A DNA stretch of 64,000 bases from the human T2T-CHM13v2.0 reference genome, Homo sapiens, in NCBI RefSeq assembly GCF_009914755.1, contig NC_060933.1. One strand, given 5' to 3'. The notes beneath the pieces are model-generated. The model saw only the letters and a program-made list of their open reading frames with translations, did not search any database and was not told the origin of the DNA. Position 1 is the first letter of the stretch. Every line of letters starts with the position of its first letter. The translations under genes were made by a program, and so were the position numbers. Below are positions 40,273 to 53,989 of the stretch, in pieces.

Positions 40273-43200
40273 TGAGGAGACCGAGTCACAGGCGGCTTCC
40301 TGCTCGCCTTAGGCAGGGCTCAGGGCAGCACTGGAGTCCCAGACTATGGAGCCCTCCCACACCCTCTTCCTACACGGAGGTACTGCCCATTTCCTCCTCC
40401 ACAGTACCTGGTACAGGGACAGAGGTGGCTGGGTGATGGCCTCAAGAAATGTCACTGTGCAAGGTCTGGTGATGGAATGCATGGAAAAAGAGGCAGTCTT
40501 CTATTGTTTCAAGAGAAGAAATCTCTACCATCACAGCTTCCCAACATTCCAGACTGATTTTCTCTGAAGGTAGGGACCACAGTCATTCAAAGGGGAACTG
40601 CCACCATGTCCTATGGCTATGACATGGGGCAAACAGAAGTGGCACTCATCTCTACACGTGGCCTAGGGCAGCCTATCCACGTATTCCCGTCCCACCCACG
40701 TCTCAGATGGAAGGGAAAGGCCGTCATCTTGTGTGATGCTGAGTCAGCTGGCCTCCCTGGGGCTTGCTTTTCTCTGCTGTAAAATGGGAGTAGTGATCTT
40801 TACCTCACTGGGCCGTTGGGAGGATGTCATACAGTACTGCACATACAGTGAGTCACTAAGCCCAGTCCTGGCACTTAGTTAACATTCATAAATGTCATCT
40901 GTGGCCACCAGACCGTTCAAAAATATACTCCTTTTTGGGATAAATGCCACCATCTTCAGTGGACAGCTGTTATTTCTTAACACAACTGGCTTTAAAAATA
41001 GAGAAAAATTCTAATAACTTAAGCATCTCCTAGGATTTAAACAGAACCCACAGCCCTCGTCAGGTAAACTTTTCCGCGTGAACAAAGCATGGAGATGATG
41101 TCCAGGGAGCCCCTCCCTTACCTGCCAGAGACGTGAAGAGAATTCCCAGACTCGCTCCTCTTATAAACCACAGATGCTGCTTGAGGGGATGGAAGGGACG
41201 CCTCTGAGACTCAGAGCGGCTTCCCTCCCGGAGCCCAATCAAGTGGTTAAATCAGCAGCGGCTGTTTTTAAACTTCCTCTCAGAAATTTTTAAATTAGAT
41301 ATTAAAATTTAGATTTTTAAAAAACTTACAATTTAAGAAATCCCCTTAGAAGCCAGGAGTGGGGCTTCTAATATGTGGGGAGCTCTTGGCATATGCCTGG
41401 TCCTCATGCTAACATCAGAGGGGAGGTATTCTTATTACCACTAAACAGATGACGAGACCGAGTCACACGGTAGTCATGGACCTTGGCCAAGGTCACAGGG
41501 TTAAGTTTAAACCTCCCCTCCCCTCCCATTTTCACAGACAAGGTGACTGCAGCCCTAGCCGGTGTCCTGAACCACTCAAGGCGGCCTGTCCCCACGGTGG
41601 CCTACTCCCAGGGAAGCGTTTCTTTTCCATTACTGTTAGGCATTGATCTAGAGATGAAAACCACAGACTTCATAGGCTTCCTGAGATGTGAATTAGTCAT
41701 TTCTCAGCTTTATTTTCAGAGGCAAAATGAAAAAAAGAGTGATGGTAAAATAACAGTTTATTCTGAGTAAACCACAGAGCAGAGGCCAGGGTACATCTCA
41801 TCATCTGGAGGCAGAGCCCTCCCCCGGCCTTTGTCTTTTAGGTGGAGTTGTTTGGGGCAGCCTCCATGGCTCAGAGGAACCTGCCTGTTAGGATGGCTGC
41901 CAGCCTAGGAGGGGCAGGTGGAGGCAGCATGCCATCTCAGCACTCCAACAGTGCTCTGCCGGGGCCGCAGCCTCCTGCTCTCCAGTGCAGTGCCACCAGC
42001 AAAGCAGCCAGTCTGGGGGCAGGAAGGCCTGTCTAGCTGGGGCTGGGTCGTGGTGATGGAGCCCCATGGGCCTGCAGGCAGGAGGTGGCAGCAGACGGCC
42101 CCCACCTCTGCTGCGCTAGCCCTGCTCAGAGACTCTGAGAACTCACAGTTTGACAGGCCACCCTCTGGGCCTCCAGAGGAAAAACAGCATTTTCATTCGT
42201 CAGTAAGCATACATTCATGTATTTATCTCCCAGACAACAGGGGAAGGAGCTGGCAGCCACAATCCCTAGCAGCTTGGGACACTGCAGAAGGAGCTCATGG
42301 GCAGAGAAAGAAGACAGTGAAGGGACAGGAGTCACCTCAAAAGTCCCTCCCTGTCACCTTAGGGAAGCAGGCTGCACTGCACAGTGCAGGTCAGACACTG
42401 CGTGGCATCCTCACTCATCCACCCCTTCACTCCATAAACATTTACACGCAAAGCACTTGCAAGGTGCTGGGGTCAGGAGGAGGCCCAGTTTACCACCCAG
42501 GCCCCCCTGCCCCTGAACGAGGGCAGTTCAGGCTCCTTCCTCCGAACTGGAGGAGAAAGCGTCAACTCGCCTCCCTCAGCCCTTTCTCCTCCTCATGTTC
42601 TGACATGACACCCAAGCATGCAGAGGGCTGGGATAGAAGAGCCCACCCTGGTGCTACTGATACCAGCTGACTCTTACTTCAGAGTTACTGGCCTAACCCC
42701 CACGGGAGGCTCCTGAGGGCCCTTGAGGTTCTGGGAAAATCAGAAGTCCTGCTGGTTTAAGCACAGACAGAATTTCATTGGGTTAGAGCCTAAAATTCAA
42801 TCCACTTCATTTCCAGTCAAATGTATTGGCCCCCACTATGTACAGGGAGTTGTATCAGGTGCTGAGTAACACAAGGCCCTGCCCACGTGGAGCTGGCAGC
42901 GATGACAATGGCTACACAGCAATGACTAGGACCACTTCTTGTGCAGTGAGCACCCAGCACCACCGCAGGCACTCAACAGGCCTCATCTCACTGAAGCCTC
43001 GAAGTGACCCTCCAATACAGGTACCACTGTCTTCATGCCACAGACAGGGAGAGTGAGGCCGAGGAGTAAGTGACAGACCCTGGATTTGAATCAGTTCTGC
43101 TTCACACACCAGCCACACGGTCTCCTAATTTAGTAGAGAGAGGAGTAAGTACCCTAAGGATGGTTCAAACAAAGCAGAATTCAAGTTCAGAGGAAGGAGG

Positions 43201-46200
43201 GCTCACGTCTGCTCTTGGCCCTAGAGGACTTTTCTTATTTCCTCTGGGTCAGTGTTCCACTTAAGTCAGCACCCACTCAGCGTGGGACACTGGGCTTGGC
43301 TAGGATCACCACCATCCTGTCCCCACCCTCGCTTCTGACGCAGATGCCACAATCTTGGTGTAGGCTCCTCTTCCCCCTTTTGAAGCCAAAGACTAGCAAA
43401 TAAGCTGTTTATTAAGTGTGTTCACAACCTTGATCACCAGGGGAGTAAGTCACTGTAAGAGGAGAAGAAAAGACTTCCAGGCCAGGACTGCTTGTAAAAG
43501 TGAATTACACCCTTCTGGAAAAGCCCAGGACCAAGATGGCTGGTTCATAGCAGACGCACATCAAAGACCTCCCGGCTGTGCTAGCACCTGGGCTAAAAAT
43601 ACTCTCAGCGCAAAACCTCGGGACAGTCTCCCGGCCTCAAGGAAGAGGCCAAAGTTATACACTGGCTCTCTCGACTTGGGAGGTGGGATTATGGGTGCAA
43701 CCAAGACACTATTTTTAAACAACCCCAAAAATAATGGGTTGGGGAAGAACATATATTTCAGTGATGCCTGGAATTGCCAACATTTGGCAAGAAAGCGGAG
43801 AAGGGGATCTTCCTAAGTCAGAAAGTCCTCCCTTTCTCACTGCCTTTATGCCTTAGCAGTCTGTGATCAGTTACAAAACTCGCCATACTGATTAAAGAGG
43901 CTCCTCAACCAAGTGTTTTGAAAAGACAGCCATCCCCCTTCCCTGGATCTTGAACTCAGCCAAATAGCATTCCTCTAACTCCCTCCAAATTACCTCTCTC
44001 ATTTAACACTCTCTAAACCCCACACTGTCCGGGGAATGCCCCTAGGAAAAACCAGGGGCAACCCAACTTCAAAAACTCAGTTGCTTTACTCTAGAATCCT
44101 CAGAGCAGGAAATAGTGATCGTTTTTCAAGAGGGAATCTCATTTTTCATTGCTCTCCCTCAGCAGCTGTATCCTCTAAGTCTCCTGGAATTGAAGTTCTA
44201 TTTTAAAGGCCCAAATCCTCCACAGGAGGCAGCCTCCTGCCGTCTGTCTGAAGGCCTACATCTCAGCCCGCCAGGGAGGAGGCACGGGCCACATGGTGGA
44301 GAGGCAAAGCAGAGATCGGTCTTTTCCAAGTCAGTTGTTGGAATCAGAACACACCTTCCCCTTGAAACAAAGTTAAAAACCAAGTCCCAGTTCTGGGCCC
44401 GCCCACAAAACTGGGGTTGCAATGTGGCTGAGCGCCTCCAACCAGCCCAACAACGTGGGGCCTTTGCTGCCACAGAGGTTCTGGGGGCACTGGAATGCAG
44501 GCTCTGCACTCAGGTGGTCTATAAGCTGACAAGAAAGTCAAGCCTCCAACCCAGGGCTATGGCACACTGTGAGGTGAGTCAAATGCTGAGGACATGTGGG
44601 GGTCACTTTGTGAGAGATGCAGGAAAAGTTCATGAATGGAGGCCCTGGAACCGAGACTGGCAGACGGTGCAGGATCTGGCTGTGGAAAGTGCAGGGCAGT
44701 TGAGCTGGGGGAGAACAGGTGCCCTGGAGAGTTGTGGGAACTGGTCCTGGCCACTTGAGGGGTGGATTTGTGGATTACTCCCAATGTTGATGTTTACGAT
44801 GCACAACCAACCCATTTAGCACTTCCCAAAATCAATGTCATAGATGAAAACATGAAACAGAAAATCTCAGAGGCCATGCATGTATTAAGGCTAATATCGT
44901 TTCACGAAACTTAATCACAACCAACTTGAAACATGTGAAGACCCTTCTCCCTGGAGTGTGGAGTGGAGAAACCCCCTCACTGGGCCAATAGGTGCTGCTG
45001 TAGGTTAGGGGTCATGTATGGTGGTGAAGACCGCAAACCTAGCCCATAGCCAAAAGTTGCCAAGACACTGGTTAGCTTCCCCTCCTGAGCCTGGAACTAA
45101 GGACCAAGCACAGGTGCAAAGGCACAGGTGGGCATTTCAGAGAGGGAGAAGTAGCTAAGGCAGAGGCTAATAAGCTTTTTGACCCCGGTAAGAAACGTAT
45201 TTTATATTACAACCAAGTACACAAAATATGTCAAAAATCTAAAGATTTAAATTCTATTTTACTTTTTCACTACTTGCTATTTCACTGAATCAATTTTAGG
45301 ACAACATTGTGTCTTCATCCTTCGTTCAGCTGAAAAGGGACTGGGCATCAGATGACGGCATCAGTGTCACATGGGAGGGGGTCTGGATGCCAGCTCTTTA
45401 GCCCTGGTGCAAACCTAAGAATCTGATGAACTGGGGTCTCTGGGGAAGGGACCCAGGACACTGGGCTTCAACAGGTGGCCCTGCAGTGCTGGAGTGTGAG
45501 AAGCACTGTTTCAGAAGACAAAGGTCTGAGGGAACCGGTTGAGCTATTAAGATTTTCCACATCTTGGGCCAAAGACGGGGAGGGGCTGATGACTAGCCCA
45601 GCACAGCCCAGGGCACATGGGAAGTGACAGGCAGATGGGACCCTTTGACTTCGACAGCAGGGGAAGTTCTAATCTCATCTCAGATCAGAACATTCCTTAG
45701 GATAAGCCCCTCCTGGTTGGGAAACAAATCTGTAAATGCTGAACCTGGAAAAGGCCCGTGTAGGGTAAGAGGGGGTGACCACCAGTTCCAGCCACCAAAT
45801 TCCAACTAAGCAGTCACCCCTACCAAGGAAATTTAGCTGAATCAGGCTCTTCTGGTAAAAGGCTCAGAGCACCAGTCAGCCAGTATCTCCTGAAGCCCTA
45901 CTGCGTGTGTGGAGTGACAGACATAAGAACCAGGGGGCCAAAGCCACCACTGAGCCCTGCTCTTCCTTCTGCTTCAGGGCTTGCTTGTTTATATTTGGCT
46001 GTAGACTTTGTTTAGCACCTACTTTGTGCTGGGAAAAAAAGTGCTTTTTGCCCTCAAATAACTGCACTAAGTCAGTGATTCTCAGGAGAGGAGTGGGGTG
46101 GGTCAGAATGACCTGGCGTCTGGTCTGAAAAAGTGCACCCAAAAAAACCATACATGTTCCTATTTGCAATCAGAAGAAAGCAAATCTGAACAAAATCTTT

Positions 46201-48101
46201 TAGTCTCTCTCATAGGAATACAGAGTAGATACAGTGATTTTCAAATCAGAATTCCTAAGAGGGAGGGGCTGAAACATCAGTGTGTCCCAAATCAGGGCTG
46301 GATGAAAAGCCACCATGCCACCTGGCCTGCTAGGAGCAGGCCCAAAAGCTAGAGGTTGGGGTCCCAACTCCACTGCTGACCCTGTCCTGTAGATGAACTG
46401 TGTCCTCAGTGGAAAGCAGTTATCTTTAAAGTTCTTTGAGCACATTCTAAGATGATAACCACCTTTTACATTTAAGATGGACTTAGAATTTTCTAAACAG
46501 GTAAACCAATTGGAACCAACTGTAAATCAACTGGAAGGGAAAGGAATTTGCTGAGGACCCTGTGACCCAAAGCACAGGTCCTCTGCAGATGGTTAGAAAG
46601 CAGGACATTCCTATCAACTCCATCTGTGGAGGGCTACAAAAGCACCCCCCCGGCCGCCCCACCCAACAGAGAGGAAAGGAGGGGCCAGGAGAAAGTCCAA
46701 TGGTGCTGAGTCAGAAATTGCCAAGAGCCACCAGTGACCGTGAAGAAAACCATGCCGCTTCATTTTCCACTAGGTAGATGGGGCCCATCATGTACTCATC
46801 GTGGCCTCTGTTTCCTAAAAGACGGTTCCGTTCTGCAGCTGGTGTCTGCCAGTCCCCATGTCCTCAGATCTAAGGGTCCCTTGATAATAAAAATATGGAA
46901 CTCGGAGAGCTAGTAGACGTTTTTGCAAATGCATGACAATCCGTGGACTGAATCTATAAATGGGTCTCTAAACTCTGTAAAAAGCAGAATGATGCGAGCA
47001 GAGAGTTATGAACATTGTTCGAAGCCACCTTTGAAAGCATTTTTGGTTCTAACTTTTGCTTTACAAATTGAACCACCACTGCAGAGCAGGGATTGGGATA
47101 TATCTAGTTTCTTTATAATAATATTTTCGTGTTCTTTGTGGTGGGGGTTGAGAGCAGTGTTTTTAAATTTTTCATCAAAACAAAAATATTAGCACAGAAC
47201 TATGTGTCCTGAAGCTTGTTAAAATCGGGGGTGCTTCAAATGGGGCTTACCGCTTTCAACATTCATTTCTGAGGGCAATGAACCAACTACGTTAAGACCA
47301 GTCTGAAAATGCTGAAATAGGCGCCCTGCAGAGCACGGTTTTGCTTTAAAATTCTGCCCTCTTACCCAAAGCAGTCAGCCTGACTTGAGAAGGAGCTCAG
47401 ATCTCTGTGTTATGAACAGGCCCTGGTCCGGTTCCCCAAGGCGTGAGAAGCCACCACTGTGGTCCCTCTCCCTCAGGTGCAAGGAAATCTAGGTCTCCAC
47501 ACTTGGCTCAGGAGAAAACCGTTGCCCTGCATTGTTTTGGGCGGCTAGGGCTGGAGCTCTGGCTGCTTGGGCGGTGGGCGCGTGGAGGTGGGAACCGCTG
47601 GCTAGAGTCCAGTCCGGTGACCGCCTCCCTGACACAGCCCACCTGCTCCAGTTCAGACGGCCTTCCCACCAACCCAACCTGAAGAGGGATCCCTAGAAGG
47701 AAAGTCCAATCTGAGCTGGCTGCCTGCTGAGGAAAAGCCTCTGTCCTGTCCCCTACTCCTCAGAGAACAAGAAACCCTGTGGAGGCGCGGGGAGGGCAGA
47801 CCTGAAGCATCGCTACCGAGGTCAGGGGACAAGTGCTACACAAGTGAGGCCAAAGACCCCTAACCAAGTCTGGAGAGAGGGGTGGGGGTGGCCTCCCCAA
47901 GGTGAATGCTTAAACCTTGGTCCGGTTCCCCAGAAGCAGACTCCTGGGATGTGCAGGGACACTGGGGGGTTCTGGAGGAGCAGCTGGGAGGGAGGGAGCA
48001 GAGAGAAGGCGAGCGTCATAGCCCTTTCCACAGAGGGTGGTGGGGGGTGGTAGCAACTGTGCTTGCCACCAAGAGGAAACTGGCTTAAAAAGAAGCTGGT
48101 G

Positions 48102-48147
48102 AGATTTGCTGCACTTGGCTAGATTTGCTGCACTTGGCTGGATTTGC
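48102..48147. repeat. 19-bp tandem repeat x2.4
   Basis: AGATTTGCTGCACTTGGCT twice, then GGATTTGC. Confidence 0.9.
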
Positions 48148-49772
48148 GCTGTATTTCTCGTGGGGATGAGGCACGGACCGAGGGGAAAATGCTCCCAGCA
48201 GAGGGATGAGCACATCTGGAAGGCCCCAGCCCAGCAGGGTCAGCTGAACAGGTGACCTGACTCAGGGAGGGCAAGAGCCAGGGGCTGGGCGAGGCTGTGG
48301 AGGAGGGCTCTGCGGGAGCAGGGAGCCCGGCAGCTTCCTGCGGGTGCCGGGACGTGCCGTCCACAGGGTTCACCATGTGTTTTTTTCTTCACCGGCCATG
48401 AGAAAGGATTAATTCAGAAATCTAAAAATGGTCCCCAACAGGCTGAGAAGCCAAACACCCACAAGCCACCTTCCACTAAGAGACGAATTACCAATGTACT
48501 GGTGGTCCTGATGTCTAGATAAAAATGAATTCCCCAACCATGTCTTACAGCAAATTGCCACAAGGCAAAATCCAAAGTAAGCACACACCATTATCCTGCC
48601 CCTGTACCAGGAAAGCCCCCAGGGAATGAAGGTAGAGAAGAGGAATTTAAGGCAAGGGTTAGTCAGGAGCTAGTCTACTTCTTGCTCCTCAAAAGATAGC
48701 CTGTAATTTACTGAGCACTTACTATACGCCAGCCCTGACAGGCAGACATTAATTGCCATTTTGCAGATGAAGAAACTAAAGCTCAGAGAAAAGAACTAGG
48801 TGCAAAGTCACAGCATGATTGGGAAACAGCCTGAACTCGAACTGCTCAGTTTGACAAAAACTCAGTCTTTTTTTTTTTTTTAATCTCGCCCTGTGGCCCA
48901 GGCTGGAGTGTAGTGGCATGGTCGTAGCTCACTACAGCCTTGAACTCCTGGGCTCAAGTGATCCTTCCACCTTGGCCTCTCAAAGTGCTGGGATTATAGG
49001 CTGGCCTCACAGTCTTAATCATGACAATAAAGTGCCTTCCTTAAGTGGAGCCAGTGGCCATGTCTTTTAGAATGGGGAGGTGGGCACCAACAGTGCAATG
49101 GAAAGGATGTAAAAGAAAACCGTGGACAGAAGGTGGCCACAATAACCTCCTTCTGCCCAAACTGAACAGCTTCTGAGGTGGGCATGGGCAGCCGCTGGGG
49201 GTTCTTCCCAGCGCACCCTGAGGAAAGGGGCAAGGGCTGTGAGGAAGTGAAGGGTCCCTCAAGTGTGCTCCCCTCACCCCAATCTCAGTGCCCACCATGG
49301 GACATGGGAATCACCTGTGTGGGGGACTGAGTCCCCTTCAAGGCAGCTGAGCCCCAAGCACCCCGGCTGTGCTAAGATCTCCAAGATGGGCAAGAAAATC
49401 TGGGGACACAACTGCCAAACAATGAGAAAACTTAACTTGGCTCCCAGCCCAACCACGTCCTTTGATGGGTAGCAGATGCCACAAAGAGTGGCTGGTGCAG
49501 CTAACACATACCTGGAACGACACCTCCTGTCCTCTTGTTCTGTTCCAAGGTTGTCAGGCTGGGACGAAATCCCAAGAAAGAAATGGGCATGTGGTCACTA
49601 CCATAGCAGACTGCCAGTTAGGGACATCAGAATATATTTCTCTGTCCTCAAGTTAGGAAGTGAGAGGACAAACCTGGCCTTCTGTGTTGTTTCAGCCACT
49701 AATTGGTTTTGTCAATTAGGCAAAACATAATTTCTCTAAGCCTCTTTTCTCATCCACAGGCATTAGCCTAGT

Positions 49773-49958
49773 CAGCGGTTCTCAAAGTGTGGTCCTGAAC
49801 CAACAACGACGGCAGCTTCACCAAGAGACTTCTTAGAAATGCAAATTCTTGGGCCCATGCCACACCTACAGAAGCAGACACTCTGGGGGTAGGCCCAGCA
49901 ATCTGTTTTAACAAGCTCTCCAGGTGATTCTGATACACAGTAAGTTGGAAGACCACTG
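49773..49958. mobile_element. MER5A (hAT-Charlie)
   Basis: CAGCGGTTCTCAAAGTGTGG...TTAGAAATGCAAATTCTTGGGCCC...GACCACTG terminal inverted repeats. Confidence 0.9.
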
Positions 49959-52499
49959 GCCTAGCTGATGTCCCTTTTTATTGTTTTAGAAACCATCCTT
50001 CCTTACGGCCTCCTATCTGTAGTGCTACTGACTTCATTTACCCCAAACAAATATTTACAAAGTTTCTACTATGTGCTAGGAACTGGGGACACCAGGGGAA
50101 CTTACACGTCTGCTTTGTGTTTAAGTTCTCATCACAATAAACGTGCACGCAGCTTGTTGGCTGGTTGTTCACTGAGTAAGCAGCACAACTGTATTTTCCA
50201 GCAACTTGCCTCTTTAGCCATGATCTTCTTCCAAAACTTACTGTACTTTTAAAATTAAAGAGCTCTGCATGCAAGTAGAGATGCAATGTGCTAACAAATA
50301 CAATGTTACTGTATTGCTGATGATAAAAGAAAGAGATTATGGATGTCCAATTAACATAAGCACAGGAATCAACTGGAAAATTTCTAGAAGGAAATATAGA
50401 AAAGAGTAACACAGACAACATTCCTTTCTCCTAAAACTATTTTAGTGACTCACAGTGCTCACGGGTCTTGAATGTTATTCTAGGCACAAAATAACAAACA
50501 CCAAGTGACATTTTTAGCAGTCCATTTTGCTTCAGGATATATACACAGGAAATGCAAAAGCAAAAACAAAAGCTAAAATGCTCTACCCTAAGAGGAAAGA
50601 CGCAACCAAACTACCATAATATTAAAAACAGGACTAAAATTAGCTTCCTCCCTTACGCTTAAGGGTCTTACTAAAAACATCTGCCAACAGCTTTTCTTCC
50701 TCTCTCCTCTGCTCAAGCAGACCAGGGAAGGCAAATGAAACAGGCTCAGAAGACAAACAAGCGGCCAGCTGCTGCAGAGCTCGGCCTTAACACGAGTCTT
50801 GGTCTGCATCAATCCCACAAAGATTCACTCCAGGCCAGAACTAAATTCTCCTAAGTCAAAACTACATCATGGGATTTGACCCTTTTGAGTAGAAGCAGAA
50901 ATCAGAGTTCTCACCCAGAGCACAGGTCAACAAGCTCTTGTCTGCACTAGTTAAAACAACTCACCTAATAATTAATAGAACATACTCACAGCTGTTTCTG
51001 CTTAGAATCGAGGTCAACGCAAACCACGGAGCTAATGTGCAAAGTTACAAAGCAATTCCTCCCCTAATGGTAGGTATTTATTTAGAAAACACTAAGCACA
51101 CAGCAAATGAGACACTTTAAAAGCAAACAGAGTCAGAAGCTTAGAACTCAAGATTTACTGCAACTGAGTTGTATTCGTTTGGTTCTAAGTTTCCTAGTGG
51201 CAAAGGTAAAAAGGTAAATAAGATAGGTTTTGTCCATTAAAAGAAAGTAAATAAACTCAACAGAAGAGGGACTTTTCCTAGCACAACATTCTAGAAGGAA
51301 TTTCAAGAAGAATGTAAAGTAACTTTGAATCTGGTCTTCAACTTTGCTTTTACAAGATCTATGATGTTCTTCAAATAACAATTTAATATTTTCACTCTAC
51401 AAAAAATCAATAGTCTGATAACTTTATATCAATACACATTTCTTAGAGAATCTAAACCACTAGTATAAGCCAGTGTGCTGTTTTCAGGAGCTCTAACTTA
51501 ATCCAGCTGTAACCCTCAAGAGCTTAACAGAAATATGTTCCTCCCCATCTATTTTTGGCAGAAGTGAGACGGTGATCACATCAACACTGAGCTCTGAGGC
51601 CCAATGTTTGCAGCTCAGAGCGGTTAAGTGCTGATGACTAAGGCCTGACACACACCCGTGCCCACAGGGACTGTCAGCACTGCAGGTACTAGCAGGACCT
51701 CAGGGGTGCAAAAGGACACCCAATCAAACAACACACCAGGAGGCCAGCCTCCATGATGGGGGGTGCCGGGGGCACAGGCAGCCCTCTTCCTCCTCAGAGC
51801 ACCTTTCTTCAGAGAACCAACAATCAAACAAGAGCCAGGACTACACAGGGGAGGCTGGAGGGTTTGGTTTGACCATTTCCCCCTGCTTTTTATGAGTGAA
51901 ACTGGATATGGTTTTGAAGGGCAGTAGCTAGACAAAACAGGCCAGCAGGAGCAGGACAGATTAAAAATGCAGGAATTCCTCAGCCCGGAGAAGCAAAGGC
52001 TAAGAGGCAGCAGTGACTGGGGGTGGGGGGAAATGATGAGGAGAATCCTAGGACAAATATGGCCCTAGGGTGCTGGAAACTCACACGAGGAAATCCCAAC
52101 TGCGAACTCATTATGTGACAAGGGGGGGGCCACAAGCAGCTGTACAAAGGATAGATTATAAATGTCTCAAGATGCTACCTCCTTGGAAGCTGCAGCTGAC
52201 CTCAGGGAAGACAAGCCTAAGGGGCCAGCCCCTGTCCTCCATGTGTCCTTCCATAAAAGAACACTGGGCCAAATGATGTGGGATGCCCCTCTCTTCCACT
52301 ATGACCAAGGAAACCTGTCAGTGCTACAAAAAGGACCTCAGGAGCCACTTTTGCCTTTGCCTGATGGGAAGAAAAAGGGAACGGTGGATTAGAAGCTCAC
52401 CAAGGCTGTGATTCAGATGTTCCCATCCTAAAGTGATCTGACTTGGCTCAGATTTTTATAACATTAAATAAGTACCAGTAACAACTTGTGTAAGTCCTG

Positions 52500-52975
52500 A
52501 AATGTTTCGTATTGCCGCATAATGAAGTACACAAACTTAGTGGCTTCCAACACACATTTATCCTCTACCAGCTTCTGTGGGTCAGGGGTCCGGGTCCACG
52601 CACAGTTTAGCTGGGTCCCTGAAAGGCTGCAATGAGGGTACTACGCAGCGGGGACTCCGCCAGGGAAGGGTCTTCATTCAAGTTGCCCACTCGGGGTGTG
52701 GGCAAAAGAACTGATTTCCTTGGAGCTGTAGGACTAAGGTCCCCAGCTTCTTGTTGGATATAGGCAGGAGGCCACCTTCAGCTCCCTGCCACAGGGGCCT
52801 CTTCCTCAAAGCTAGCCAGGAAGAATGGCCCCAGAGGGAGTCAGCTGGCAAGAGGAGTTAGAAGTGGGAAGCGAGTCACAGGCCACATCCAACTCCAGGT
52901 GAGACAATGAGACAAAGGCGTCAACTCCAGGAGGCAAGAATCCTAGGGGTCACCTTAAAGTCTGTCTGCCATACG
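52500..52975 (-). mobile_element. MLT1-type MaLR solo LTR
   Basis: cacaaacttagtggctt...ttctgtgggtcagg...gggtcaccttaaagtctgtctgcca. Confidence 0.7.
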
Positions 52976-53327
52976 CATCTAGCTCCTTTACAACTATAAA
53001 ATCAAAGCACATTTATAACTAAACGCAACTAAAACTCCCATCCCCAAATTTTGATTAACAGTGCACACTGATGGACAATAAGGACAATGTCTTCTTGAGA
53101 CTGCACAGTCAGTTCCAATGTGAATCCAGTGTAGAGAGTTAGTTATATTGGGGTTCAATATGCTTAACTGTGTGTCACAATGACAACTCATTGTCTTACC
53201 ACTTTTTTCTACTGAATCACGACATCATTTTAGCTTTCCATTGGCAGAAGTGCCTCATCCACATTATTAAGCCTGGCTCTGCTCTTTTTTCATCAGCCTG
53301 TCCACTGCAATTGAAGGAGGAGAGGAG

Positions 53328-53839
53328 TGTTGGGAGCAGGCCCCCCAAAATCTGGCCATAAATTGGCCCCAAAACTGGCCATAAACGGAATCTCTGCAGC
53401 ACTGTGACATGTTCATGATGGCCATAATGCCCACGCTGGAAGGTTGTGGGTTTACGGGAATGAGGGCAAGGAACACCTGGCCCACCCAGGGCAGAAAACC
53501 ACTAAAGGCATTCTTAAGCCACGAACAATAGCATGAGAGATCTGTGCCTTAAGGACATGCTCCTGCTGCAGTTAACTAGCCCAACCTATTCCTTTAATTT
53601 GGCCCATCCCTTTGTTTCCCATAAGGGATACCTTTAGCTAATTTAGTATCTATAGAAACAATGCTAATGACTGGCTTGCTGTTAATAAACACGTGGGTAA
53701 ATCTCTGTTCAGGGCTCTCAGCTCTGAAGACTGTGAGACCCCTGATTTCCCACTTCACACCTCTATATTTCTGTGTGTGTGTCTTTAATTCCTCTAGCGC
53801 CTCTGGGTTAGGGTCTCGCGGACCGAGCTGGTCTCGGCA
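53328..53839 (+). repeat. 5' LTR (MER9a-type)
   Basis: TGTTGGGAGCAGGCCCCCCAAAATCTGGCC...CTGGTCTCGGCA; AATAAA near 53684; directly repeated at 58256-58766. Confidence 0.93.
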
Positions 53840-53841
53840 AG

Positions 53842-53865
53842 TAGCGTCCATCGTGGGGGCTCGAA
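53842..53865 (+). other. Primer binding site, tRNA-Lys(CUU)-like
   Basis: TAGCGTCCATCGTGGGGGCTCGAA 2 nt after the LTR versus tRNA-Lys complement TGGCGCCCAACGTGGGGCTCGAA. Confidence 0.85.
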
Positions 53866-53989
53866 TCCAGGTGGAGGGGTCGCCAGAGTGATGGCTGGAG
53901 AATGCGGAACTAGCTGGAGGACACCCGAGTACTCTCAAAGCAATCCCCCTGGTGAGTAAGAAGGGGAGCTCAGAAGCATCAGGGTAACA

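Noticed and set aside
41918-42670. 250-aa + strand ORF
   Set aside because: Non-ATG start, no recognisable domain, GC-rich intronic sequence antisense to RAPGEF1; length compatible with chance
44115-44819. 234-aa + strand ORF
   Set aside because: Non-ATG start, no motif or splice support; likely chance ORF
48119-48376. Minus-strand ORF with good Kozak (cacATGG) as a possible alternative RAPGEF1 first exon
   Set aside because: The only donor-like site noticed (CAG|GTCACC) is weak and phase 0, whereas exon 2 needs phase 1; does not match N-termini I recall for C3G
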